NCBI GenBank assembly: GCA_020161265.1
Contig: JAIUOC010000003.1
Coordinates: 43,024-107,023, forward strand
Length of the DNA stretch: 64,000 nt
Reading direction: 5' to 3'
DNA from: Chloroflexota bacterium
Lineage (GTDB): Bacteria; Chloroflexota; Chloroflexia; Chloroflexales; Herpetosiphonaceae
A program made the position numbers and the translations under genes. Below, one piece after another: positions 10,116-18,603 of the stretch (within the stretch, counting starts at the first letter, position 1; the number at the start of each line of letters is the position of its first letter). Below the pieces are notes generated by a model. It saw only the letters and a program-made list of their open reading frames with translations. It was not told where the DNA came from and made no database searches.

Positions 10116-10394
10116 TTACCACGCAATATCAAAGGTTGGCTCACGGTGGGTTGGCTCTTGCCAAGTGACCTCAACATGTTGCACTTTGGCATGAATTGGG
10201 CCGCTATAACACCAACTGATCATGCGCTGCACGCCAGCTTGGCTGCCCTCGAAAATCGCTTCGACGCTGCCATCGGGCAAATTTTTAACCCAGCCACCAA
10301 TTTTGGCCAAACGCGCTTGATCGCGGCAGGTCGCGCGAAAATTGACTCCCTGAACCGTTCCAGTGACAATCACATGAGCCCGCGTTGTTTCCAC
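10116..10394 (-). CDS. acyP: acylphosphatase
   Basis: Signature VTGTVQGVNFR and GWVKNLPDGSVE. 92 aa. Confidence 0.85.
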   Translation of the reverse strand: METTRAHVIVTGTVQGVNFRATCRDQARLAKIGGWVKNLPDGSVEAIFEGSQAGVQRMISWCYSGPIHAKVQHVEVTWQEPTHREPTFDIAW

Positions 10395-10407
10395 ATATCC
10401 CCCTTAT

Positions 10408-11469
10408 TTAGCGAAGTTCTAAGGCTGCCGCCAAGGTTGGTGCTGACAGCACGGTTTGGCGGTTGAGCTTTAACTGTACCATCATTGGAGCTACTTCGGG
10501 TTGTAATCCAGCCAAAATCACCCGCGTGCCTAATAATTTTGCCCCTTGGATAATTCGTTCAAGCATGGTCAGCAAGCTATCGGATGCGACGAGAACGCTG
10601 GTTAAATCGAGAATTAAGGTATTCGCCCGTTGTTCGTGAATGTAGCTTAGCAAGGAATCTTCCACCGCTTTGGCGCGTTGGGTATCGAAGCCGCCGATTA
10701 GTGGTAGCACCACCACATCATCGCCGACGGGCAAGGCCGCCACAGTCAAGGCATCAACCGTTTGGCGCAGCGTCGTTTCGGTTGAAACTAATTGTTGATT
10801 CGAAGTTTCAAGCCGAATTGCCAAGGCAGCTAGTTCGTCGGAGCGCTGTTGCATTGCTTGGCGCGATTGTTCTAATTCATGTTCACGTTGATTAATCACA
10901 TGGGTCAAAATAGTGATAATTGCACCTGTACCAAGTAATAAAATTGTTTGTGAAACAATGGCAAGATATTTATAATTATCATTGACACTCATCATAATCA
11001 GCGAATTTGGATCACTAAAGCCCCAAAAGAGTGTAATTTCATTGATAATTGCAATCAAGTGAATGATAATACTCATTGCTGTTGCGGCAATAATCCAGCG
11101 TGCCCGCGCCAAAATAAAACCTGTGCCCATTAACTCAATACAAATAATCGCAAAATTATACGATACAAAGCCACCAATATTATGATTGACCACGGCTACA
11201 GTAATCGAACTGGCAAAATGCAATACAAGCGTTAATGGATATAAATTGTTTGGCTTGAGTAAGAACATATAACCAACAATTAGTAATCCATGAATAATTG
11301 CCACATAGAAATTAATTTGTGATTGAACATTGGCCCAATCAAAAATTGAAATTGGCAAAAACAATGCTGTAATGCCGAGCATAATTCGCGCATACAATTT
11401 GGCACGTTCAACGGGTAGCTGCTTTGAATCGGGCACGGCTGGCTCCTTGTGGGCGTGATTATTTGCCAA
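10408..11469 (-). CDS. integral membrane protein with C-terminal STAS (anti-sigma-factor-antagonist-like) domain
   Basis: About 6-7 N-terminal TM helices, a coiled segment, then a STAS-like C-terminus (VLPLIGGFDTQRAKAVEDSLL...ILDLTSV). 11-nt overlap with mnmE. Confidence 0.6.
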   Translation of the reverse strand: MANNHAHKEPAVPDSKQLPVERAKLYARIMLGITALFLPISIFDWANVQSQINFYVAIIHGLLIVGYMFLLKPNNLYPLTLVLHFASSITVAVVNHNIGGFVSYNFAIICIELMGTGFILARARWIIAATAMSIIIHLIAIINEITLFWGFSDPNSLIMMSVNDNYKYLAIVSQTILLLGTGAIITILTHVINQREHELEQSRQAMQQRSDELAALAIRLETSNQQLVSTETTLRQTVDALTVAALPVGDDVVVLPLIGGFDTQRAKAVEDSLLSYIHEQRANTLILDLTSVLVASDSLLTMLERIIQGAKLLGTRVILAGLQPEVAPMMVQLKLNRQTVLSAPTLAAALELR

Positions 11470-12823
11470 TACAAAAGCGACTAAAGATCATATTCAATAA
11501 ATCATGTTCGACCGTTTCGCCAGTAATTTCGCCTAGGCTGGCGATTGCTTCGTGCAAATCGATCGCAATCAGATCAACAGGGCGGCCTTCGCGTAAGCCT
11601 TGGATGGCTTGTTCTAAGGCGGCGTTGGCGCGGCGCAAAGCCTCGCGATGGCGTGGATTGGTGACTAAGCGGGCATCGCTGAGCGGCAAACCACCAAGCA
11701 ACTGTTCGGCTACCATTGTACCTAAATAATCCAAGCCTGTGCCAGCCTGCGACGAGATTGCGATGCTGCCACGGAGCTTGGGGTGGCTTTGAGTCAGCGC
11801 GGTTAAATCGGCATGTTGACCTAAATCGGCTTTGGTCGCAATGACGATTGTGGGTCGTTCATGAGTTAATCGAGCAATTGCCAAATCTTCTGGGCTTAGC
11901 GGCTGCGAACCATCGATCAAGAGTAATACCAAATCGGCTTTGCTGAGGGCGGCGCGTGAGCGTTCGACCCCAATTCGTTCAACGAGATCGTCAGTTTCGG
12001 TAATTCCAGCGGTATCAATCAGCACCACCGGAATTCCGCCCAGATTGGCGGTTTCTTCCAAGGTATCGCGGGTTGTGCCAGGAATAGCGGTGACGATGGC
12101 GCGTTCGGTGCGCAATAGGGCATTCATCAAACTCGATTTGCCAGCGTTGGGCCGACCAACCAAGGCGGCGCGTGCCCCTTCGCGCACGACCACGCCTTGA
12201 TCGGCCCCAGCAAGCAGTTGGCTGAGCAGGCTTTGGGCTTGCTGCAAGGGCTGTTGTAGTTCCTCGCTGGGCACATCATCTTCGGGAAAATCGGTGAGGG
12301 CAGTGACATAGGCCAATGGATACATCAACTGCTCGCGCAACGTGCGCAGATCACGCGAAAGCCCGCCGCCCAGTTGATCGAGCGCCAAGCTAAGCCCCAA
12401 GTTGGTTTGAGCTTCGATCACATCGAGGGTTGCCTCAGCTTGCACTAAATCGATGCGGCCATTGGCAAAAGCGCGTAGGCTAAATTCGCCTGGGTTAGCT
12501 AAACGAGCGCCATGGGCCAGAGCCAACGTTAGGGTGCGGCGCAAGGGCAGCGGGCCGCCGTGGCAGTGAATTTCTAAAATATCTTCACCGGTGAACGAGC
12601 GTGGCCCCTTGAAAAAAACCGCCAAAACTTCATCCACAACCTGTCCATGTTCATCGAGCACATGGCCATAGCGCATTTGGTAAGAGCGCCAAGCGCCTTT
12701 GCGGCGCGGTTTGATCAAGGCTTGGGCGATGGCTAAGCTTTGGGGGCCGCTGACCCGAATAATCCCAACCCCGCCAACGCCAGGTGGGGTGGCCAACGCA
12801 GCGATCGTATCAGCGTAGAGCAT
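11459..12823 (-). CDS. mnmE: tRNA modification GTPase MnmE (TrmE)
   Basis: G-domain GRPNAGKSSLMNALL and DTAG, C-terminal CIGK motif. Start at internal Met (MLYADTIAALATPPG). The track ORF is longer. Confidence 0.9.
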   Translation of the reverse strand: MLYADTIAALATPPGVGGVGIIRVSGPQSLAIAQALIKPRRKGAWRSYQMRYGHVLDEHGQVVDEVLAVFFKGPRSFTGEDILEIHCHGGPLPLRRTLTLALAHGARLANPGEFSLRAFANGRIDLVQAEATLDVIEAQTNLGLSLALDQLGGGLSRDLRTLREQLMYPLAYVTALTDFPEDDVPSEELQQPLQQAQSLLSQLLAGADQGVVVREGARAALVGRPNAGKSSLMNALLRTERAIVTAIPGTTRDTLEETANLGGIPVVLIDTAGITETDDLVERIGVERSRAALSKADLVLLLIDGSQPLSPEDLAIARLTHERPTIVIATKADLGQHADLTALTQSHPKLRGSIAISSQAGTGLDYLGTMVAEQLLGGLPLSDARLVTNPRHREALRRANAALEQAIQGLREGRPVDLIAIDLHEAIASLGEITGETVEHDLLNMIFSRFCIGK

Positions 12824-13191
12824 TAGCGCAACCTCGATGTACTGGTCAAGGGCATAGTTGCGGGCATACTTTGCACATGGCAAAAGCCACAGGTTGGCGC
12901 AAAACTATGGTTAAAACTGGGAGCGGTCGGCAAGCCAGCGTTATGGCAGGTTTTACAATCGGCGACTGCCACCGATAAATCATGGTTTGGCAGTTCTTTG
13001 ACATCGGGGCCATAGGCGGCGGCAAAGGCAAAAACCCAGGTTGCCACAATCACCACACCAGTCATGGCAAACATCAAACGCATCGGCCAACTGCGCATCA
13101 TCGCACGATAGCGGGCGCGAGCTGCCGCTTTATCGAAAACCGGCGCAGCATCTGGCTGCTCATCGGGCAGCATCTCAGGTGCATCGCTCAT
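12823..13191 (-). CDS. small membrane-anchored protein with two CxxCH motifs (putative di-haem c-type cytochrome)
   Basis: One TM helix (LMFAMTGVVIVATWVFAFAAAY) followed by CKTCH and CGFCH. 122 aa. Confidence 0.5.
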   Translation of the reverse strand: MSDAPEMLPDEQPDAAPVFDKAAARARYRAMMRSWPMRLMFAMTGVVIVATWVFAFAAAYGPDVKELPNHDLSVAVADCKTCHNAGLPTAPSFNHSFAPTCGFCHVQSMPATMPLTSTSRLR

Positions 13192-13455
13192 AGGGCAACA
13201 TCCTTCTAGAATTGAGCTAGTTAATCAAATCGGCTAGATCATATCATACTGTGAGTTGGGTCGTGTGTTTGACCAAGCCGATTTTTTCGGGTACAGTTCT
13301 TGCATAGAGGCCCATGCCCAAATGAATACTGTCTCGTAGCCGAGGCAACCATGGTGGAGTCAGTCGCAGTAATGCGGCTTTTTTAGTTTAGTTTTGGTTG
13401 ATTTGACGGATATAGCAGGGTATAGCCGCAAGCACGACCAAATTAGGAGGAGCGT

Positions 13456-14793
13456 ATGTCGCTGGTCTTGGTTCAATCCAACGTCGCCCCTTCGCCTGCC
13501 GCCGCTGCTGGAGGCGATGGAATGTCGCCGCTGTTGCAGTTGGTGTTGGCTTTGGCCGTTTTGATCGCCGCTGCCAAAATTGGTGGGCTTGTGAGCACCA
13601 AGCTCAAACAACCTGCCGTTTTAGGCGAGCTTTTAGTGGGGATTTTGCTTGGCCCCAGTGTTTTGGATTTTCTCAACCTAAGCTTTTTCACCAGCACCCA
13701 CTTACAAGATACGGTTTTTGAGATTGCCGAAATTGGGGTGATTTTCTTGATGTTTGTGGCTGGGCTTGAGGTTAAATTGCCCGATCTGCTGGCGGCGGGC
13801 AAGGTCTCGACGATCGCTGGAGTGTTGGGGGTCATCATCCCATTGCTTGGTGGTTTTGCCCTCGCATGGTTCTGGCCGAATAACTATTCATTCACCAAAA
13901 GCCTGTTTATTGGCATTTTGCTGACCGCTACCAGCGTTTCGATTTCGGCCCAAACCTTGCTTGAATTGGGCAAATTGCGTTCACGGGTTGGGCTATCGTT
14001 GTTGGGCGCGGCGATTGTCGATGATGTGTTGGTAATTGTCTTGCTTTCGACCTTTGTGGCCTTGACGGCGAGCAGCGGCGGCGGGGTTATGACAGTGCTG
14101 AGCATTGTCGGCGTGATGCTGCTGTATTTCGTGGTGATGAGCATTTTTGGGCTACGCGCTTTGCCATGGATTATTCGTAAAGCTGCTAAATTGCCGATTA
14201 GTCAACCGTTGGTGAGCACGGCGCTGGTGTTGGTACTGTTTGCCTCGTGGAGCGCCGAAGCCTTGGGTGGGGTGGCGGCGATTACTGGGGCATTTTTGAT
14301 GGGCGTATTTTTGGGCCGCACGCCCTATCACAACCGGATTGAAGATGGCGTGCAAACCTTGACCTATGCCTTCTTTGTGCCAATCTTCTTTGCGAGCATC
14401 GGCTTGCATGCCAATATTTTCTCGTTGCCAAGCGATTTGGTGGCCTTCGCCGCTGTGCTGTGTGTGATTGCAGTGGTTACTAAGATTGTAGGCTGTGGGC
14501 TGGGGGCAAAAATTGGCGGCATGAACAATAAAGAATCGCTGCAAGTTGGTTTGGGCATGATTTCGCGGGGCGAAGTTGGCTTGATTGTGGCTAGTGTTGG
14601 GATTCGTCAAGGCATTATTGGCGAAGATGTGTTTGCCATGACCGTGCTGATGGTGCTTGTAACCACCTTGGTCACTCCCTTATTATTACGCTGGTCGTTT
14701 GGCAATGAACAAACACCCAAAGATCAAGAAAAGCCCAAATCTGAAAAACCCGTGCTAAAACCTGCCCATGCTGGCGAAGAAGCAGGCCATTAA
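13456..14793 (+). CDS. cation:proton antiporter (CPA1/CPA2, Na+/H+ exchanger family)
   Basis: 12-13 TM helices with typical KefB/NapA-like N-terminus. AGGAGG RBS upstream. Confidence 0.85.
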   Translation: MSLVLVQSNVAPSPAAAAGGDGMSPLLQLVLALAVLIAAAKIGGLVSTKLKQPAVLGELLVGILLGPSVLDFLNLSFFTSTHLQDTVFEIAEIGVIFLMFVAGLEVKLPDLLAAGKVSTIAGVLGVIIPLLGGFALAWFWPNNYSFTKSLFIGILLTATSVSISAQTLLELGKLRSRVGLSLLGAAIVDDVLVIVLLSTFVALTASSGGGVMTVLSIVGVMLLYFVVMSIFGLRALPWIIRKAAKLPISQPLVSTALVLVLFASWSAEALGGVAAITGAFLMGVFLGRTPYHNRIEDGVQTLTYAFFVPIFFASIGLHANIFSLPSDLVAFAAVLCVIAVVTKIVGCGLGAKIGGMNNKESLQVGLGMISRGEVGLIVASVGIRQGIIGEDVFAMTVLMVLVTTLVTPLLLRWSFGNEQTPKDQEKPKSEKPVLKPAHAGEEAGH

Positions 14794-14813
14794 TTGGCTT
14801 TACAAAGGAGTAA

Positions 14814-15182
14814 ATGATGAATCAACCACAAGTCGAATCGTTAATGTTTATTTTGAATGATGTTGATCTATTAAATGAAGTATTGCGCGTCTGGGAAGAA
14901 CATGGCGTGCGCGGCGTGACGGTGTTGCGCAGCACTGGCCTTGGGCGAATTGGCAATGCGTTGTATCGCGATGATGCGCCCTTATTTCCCTCGCTACGTG
15001 AATTACTCGAAGATGATGAAATGCATCATTTTACGCTGTTGACCGTGGTGCAAAGTAGCCAAGTTGAGCAATTGGTCGCAGTGACCGAGCAAATCACTGG
15101 CTCGCTCAACAATCCCAATACTGGCTTGATTTTTACCATGCCAATTAATCGGGTTTTTGGTGGAACCCGTAATTTCGAGTAA
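14814..15182 (+). CDS. P-II-like (GlnB-fold) small regulatory protein
   Basis: About 120 aa. GVRGVTVLRSTGLGRIG resembles the P-II T-loop region. Lies 20 nt downstream of the antiporter gene. Confidence 0.5.
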   Translation: MMNQPQVESLMFILNDVDLLNEVLRVWEEHGVRGVTVLRSTGLGRIGNALYRDDAPLFPSLRELLEDDEMHHFTLLTVVQSSQVEQLVAVTEQITGSLNNPNTGLIFTMPINRVFGGTRNFE

Positions 15183-15305
15183 GGGCTAGTTAGGGGCCAG
15201 GATTCAGGGGCTAGGGGTCAGGAAGTTGGCTTATTCATAAGCTCGTCTAAAACGGGGCGATTGAAACCCAAGCCTAATCCCTAACCCCTGAATCCTAACC
15301 CCTCG
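15183..15305. repeat. inverted word repeat (ggattcaggggctaggggtcagg ... cctaacccctgaatcctaacccc), probable bidirectional terminator
   Basis: Sits between convergent genes. Perfect inverted arms. Confidence 0.7.
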
Positions 15306-15734
15306 TTAAAACCCCAACCGCTCGATGTGTTGTTCGACCAAAGTGGTGATTTCGGGGTGCTGCTCGGCTACATCAAGCAACAAACTACGAATTTGGCTAT
15401 CATCAAGTTCATCGAGGGTCGCACGAATTGGCGGGCGCTGAACAACTTGTTCGGGGCAATACAGCAGAAACAGCAGCACTGCAACGCTATGTTTGCAGAT
15501 CGGGCCATAATCATAGGGGCAGGTGCATTGGGTTGAAAGTTGCTCGGCAGTTTGAGCGTGCACCGCAACATCATAGAGATAATCTTCGCTGCCACACACC
15601 ACGGCCTGAATCACATTGCCGCGTTGCAGCACTGATTCAACCATGCCACTTTCGAAGTATTCTAAGCCGCGTTCAAAACTACGTTCGCCAGCCATCGCCT
15701 GAATTTGCGCATCAGAAATCACTGGAAAATCCAT
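15306..15734 (-). CDS. SWIM zinc-finger domain protein
   Basis: CxCx(8)CxH motif (CTCPYDYGPICKH). Start at MDFPV with GAGGTGG RBS. Confidence 0.65.
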   Translation of the reverse strand: MDFPVISDAQIQAMAGERSFERGLEYFESGMVESVLQRGNVIQAVVCGSEDYLYDVAVHAQTAEQLSTQCTCPYDYGPICKHSVAVLLFLLYCPEQVVQRPPIRATLDELDDSQIRSLLLDVAEQHPEITTLVEQHIERLGF

Positions 15735-15742
15735 AACCACCT

Positions 15743-16243
15743 CTAGCTGGTAGGAGTTGTTAAATCGAGCATCCATTGTTGAATACTCTCAACCAGCGTT
15801 TTAGGTTCAGTATCGACCGTCAAGGTTAGGGCATTACTGGGCATTTCCAAGGTTGCCAATTGGCTTGTTAGCAGGCTGCTTGGCATAAAATGATTACTGC
15901 GCTGTTGCAAACGCTCTTGAATTAATGTGGGATCACCGACCAAATGCACAAAATGCACCTGTTGATCGACTGCTAAATAATTGCGATATTCGGCGCGTAA
16001 GGCCGAGCATGCCAAGACTAAACTGCGATTTTGGGCCAAGGCGGCGCTAATCTGTTCGCGCACTAAGGCTAGCCAAGGCCAGCGATCAGCATCGGTTAAT
16101 GGCTGACCGTTGGCCATTTTTTGGCGATTGGCCTCAGGATGTAAATCGTCAGCATCGATAAATTGCCAGCCTTGGGTCGTTGCCAATAATTGGCCAACCG
16201 TGGTTTTGCCCACTCCACTCACGCCCATAACCACAATCACCAT
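15743..16243 (-). CDS. gntK: gluconokinase (shikimate/gluconate kinase family)
   Basis: P-loop GVSGVGKTT. FIDADDLHP...NRQKMANGQPLTDADRWPWL is typical of GntK. Confidence 0.8.
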   Translation of the reverse strand: MVIVVMGVSGVGKTTVGQLLATTQGWQFIDADDLHPEANRQKMANGQPLTDADRWPWLALVREQISAALAQNRSLVLACSALRAEYRNYLAVDQQVHFVHLVGDPTLIQERLQQRSNHFMPSSLLTSQLATLEMPSNALTLTVDTEPKTLVESIQQWMLDLTTPTS

Positions 16244-16315
16244 AACAACTCCATTTAAATCAAAAAGAGAGAGTTGGTGGTTGCCAACTCCCTCGAATGC
16301 GAATCTGCGGTAGCT

Positions 16316-17245
16316 TTAGAACTGGAGGCTATGGCGTTGAACCACGGTGGCGCGAAGCAGGAACATCCCGCCGATGCCAACCCCAGCGCTAAGGTAAAAC
16401 CAGATAAAGGCCGCTGGTAAGCTGATTGCGGCCAAACCGACTGAAGGCAAAACCACAACCAAGCTACCAACCAAGACGGCGGCTGGCCCTTGCAAATTGA
16501 GTCGTTGGCCAATTACCATGGCGATTGCGGCTAAGCCAATCAAGTATGGCACTTGGGCAATCAACAAGATCACTGGCAAAACAGCCAAGCCAATCAGCGA
16601 GAAGACCAAGAGCAGGGCGACAATCCCAACAACCGCCACCGAGAGCACTGACCACATCAAGCCCAAGCCCAAAGCACGTTGGCTGGCTAAGCGAATAATT
16701 TGAGCACCGCTGGCAACCGAGCGTGGCCAAATCAAGCTGAGCAAGGTTGCAATAATTGTGGCCAAAATTGCCAAAACTACTGCTAGAATCACGCGGGTTG
16801 TGGTAGTTAGGGTTTGATTGCCCTCAATCGGCAAGAGCGCAGTTGCGCCACTATCGCTGACATTACCATTGAATATAGCCCCAACTTGGGCGATATCAGC
16901 GCCTTGTTGCAACTGAACCTCGCCTGTGGCGGCCATCACATTGCCTTGAGCAATTGAATCGGCTTCGAAGGTTACATTGCCAAACAAACTGACTACATCG
17001 CCTTCGACTGAGCCACGCACAATAATCGAGCCAGTGACTGAAGTGACATCGCCTTCAACCACCCCATCGATTATGATAGGCTGGCTGATGGTCGCAACGT
17101 CGCCACTTTCGGTTGAGCCAGCCCGAACCACCAAAGCATCGCCATCGGTTCGCAGAGCTTGAGCAAAGACTAAAGAAGGTGAGGCGATAATAATTAAGGC
17201 TAGAATAACCCAGCCAAATAACAAGGCTCGTGGATTGCGGTTCAT
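16316..17245 (-). CDS. membrane protein with bactofilin-like beta-helical repeat domain and C-terminal multi-TM region
   Basis: Signal/TM, repeated G-x-V-x-G-D-V segments, and 4-5 C-terminal TM helices. 4-nt overlap with the anti-sigma gene. Confidence 0.6.
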   Translation of the reverse strand: MNRNPRALLFGWVILALIIIASPSLVFAQALRTDGDALVVRAGSTESGDVATISQPIIIDGVVEGDVTSVTGSIIVRGSVEGDVVSLFGNVTFEADSIAQGNVMAATGEVQLQQGADIAQVGAIFNGNVSDSGATALLPIEGNQTLTTTTRVILAVVLAILATIIATLLSLIWPRSVASGAQIIRLASQRALGLGLMWSVLSVAVVGIVALLLVFSLIGLAVLPVILLIAQVPYLIGLAAIAMVIGQRLNLQGPAAVLVGSLVVVLPSVGLAAISLPAAFIWFYLSAGVGIGGMFLLRATVVQRHSLQF

Positions 17246-17778
17246 CGTTCTACCTCCACAAGCAGCGCCGGTGAAGGGGTCAACAAACGTCGCCAGATCA
17301 TCAGTGCTGCACCTGCAAGCACAAGAACACCAAGGAGCAAGGGAATGCCAACCAAACCAAGCGTGGCGGCCATAGGCTTACCAGCCAGCGTCAAGGCCAA
17401 AACCCCTCGTCCAGCGGTTGAATCAACTCCACCAAAAGTTGTGGCAGGCAACGAGCTATCAAACAAGACCCCATAACCGCCCCACAGGACGATTAATGTG
17501 ACGAAGCCCAGAACCACACCCCACAGCACACGTTGACGTAAGGCACGGCTACGGGCTTGAGTTGCGGCAAGCGCAGGAGTCGCAGGTAATTTTGCCATCA
17601 GGCTGGCGGCAAAATTTGGCGGTGGAATAGCCGATTTAGGGGCGGCTAAGGCGGCGGGCAATTGCCCAAGTTCATCGAGGCACATTGGGCACTCCTGTAC
17701 ATGGCGAGAAATGGTTTGTTGATCGTCAGGGTCATCTGGTTGCTGAGCGCGTAGCTCGCGAATTGAACGGCATGTCAT
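17242..17778 (-). CDS. zinc-finger (zf-HC2) anti-sigma factor, single-pass membrane
   Basis: HVQECPMC motif at the N-terminus and a TM helix. Overlaps the sigma factor gene by 4 nt. Confidence 0.65.
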   Translation of the reverse strand: MTCRSIRELRAQQPDDPDDQQTISRHVQECPMCLDELGQLPAALAAPKSAIPPPNFAASLMAKLPATPALAATQARSRALRQRVLWGVVLGFVTLIVLWGGYGVLFDSSLPATTFGGVDSTAGRGVLALTLAGKPMAATLGLVGIPLLLGVLVLAGAALMIWRRLLTPSPALLVEVER

Positions 17779-18332
17779 AGCTCTGCTCCTTGTTTATCCA
17801 ACGCGGCAGCCACCATGTTGCGAGCACGATGCAGCCGAGTTTTAACCGCACTTTCTGATAGCCCCGTAATATTTTCGATCTCCTGATATGAGAGATCATT
17901 CCAATAGCGTAGCACTGCCACCAGCCGATAATGATCGGGCAGAGTAGCCAAGGCACGTTGGACGGCATCGCGCAACTCACTACGCAATGCTGAACGTTCA
18001 GGACCATCATCGGTACTTGGTAGGGCAAATGCCAAATCATCAAGTGGCACTATCGGTCGCCGTCGGCGTAAGCGGTCAATGCAGTAATTCGATGCGACTG
18101 AAAAGAGCCATGTAGAAAACTTGCGGCTTTGATCGAACGTTTCAAGCTTGGTATAGGCCCGGATGAAAATTTCTTGAGCGGCATCTTCGGCCTCGTGGCC
18201 ATCGTGCAACATCCGGTAGGCCAAGTTGAAAATTGGCCCTTGATACAGCTCGACAATCCGTTGAAATGCAATTTGGTCGCCACGAATTGTCGCCCGCACC
18301 AGCGTCAATTCTTCACTATTGATCTCTGTCAC
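17775..18332 (-). CDS. ECF-type RNA polymerase sigma-70 factor
   Basis: Region 2 (LAYRMLHDGHEAEDAAQEIFIRAY) and region 4 HTH (SYQEIENITGLSESAVKTRLHRAR). Confidence 0.85.
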   Translation of the reverse strand: MTEINSEELTLVRATIRGDQIAFQRIVELYQGPIFNLAYRMLHDGHEAEDAAQEIFIRAYTKLETFDQSRKFSTWLFSVASNYCIDRLRRRRPIVPLDDLAFALPSTDDGPERSALRSELRDAVQRALATLPDHYRLVAVLRYWNDLSYQEIENITGLSESAVKTRLHRARNMVAAALDKQGAEL

Positions 18333-18603
18333 GCGATTCTACCTCGCACCACTATACTCGGTACGCGCTGAGCAAGGGTAATGTTTCATAGTCGAGAGGG
18401 GATTGTTGTTTCCCATCGGTGTGATACAAGCTATGGTACCTAAGGATGGCCTAAATGGCAAAATTGGCTTCTACTACTAGAAGTTTGATGATTTTTTGGG
18501 CAATCAATCATGTGAATCCAATAGCTCACTAATAGTATTCTGCGAGAACCTCGCGTATAATGCACAGTGGCTTTTAATCGTGTTCGTTGAAAGGAACTGT
18601 CCG

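Noticed and set aside
13192-13455. Possible c-di-AMP (ydaO/kimA) riboswitch ahead of the cation antiporter
   Set aside because: I could not recognise the conserved ydaO pseudo-symmetric motifs by eye. It is retained only as a generic long-leader observation.
14152-14610. 152-aa minus-strand ORF
   Set aside because: Antisense to the cation:proton antiporter gene.
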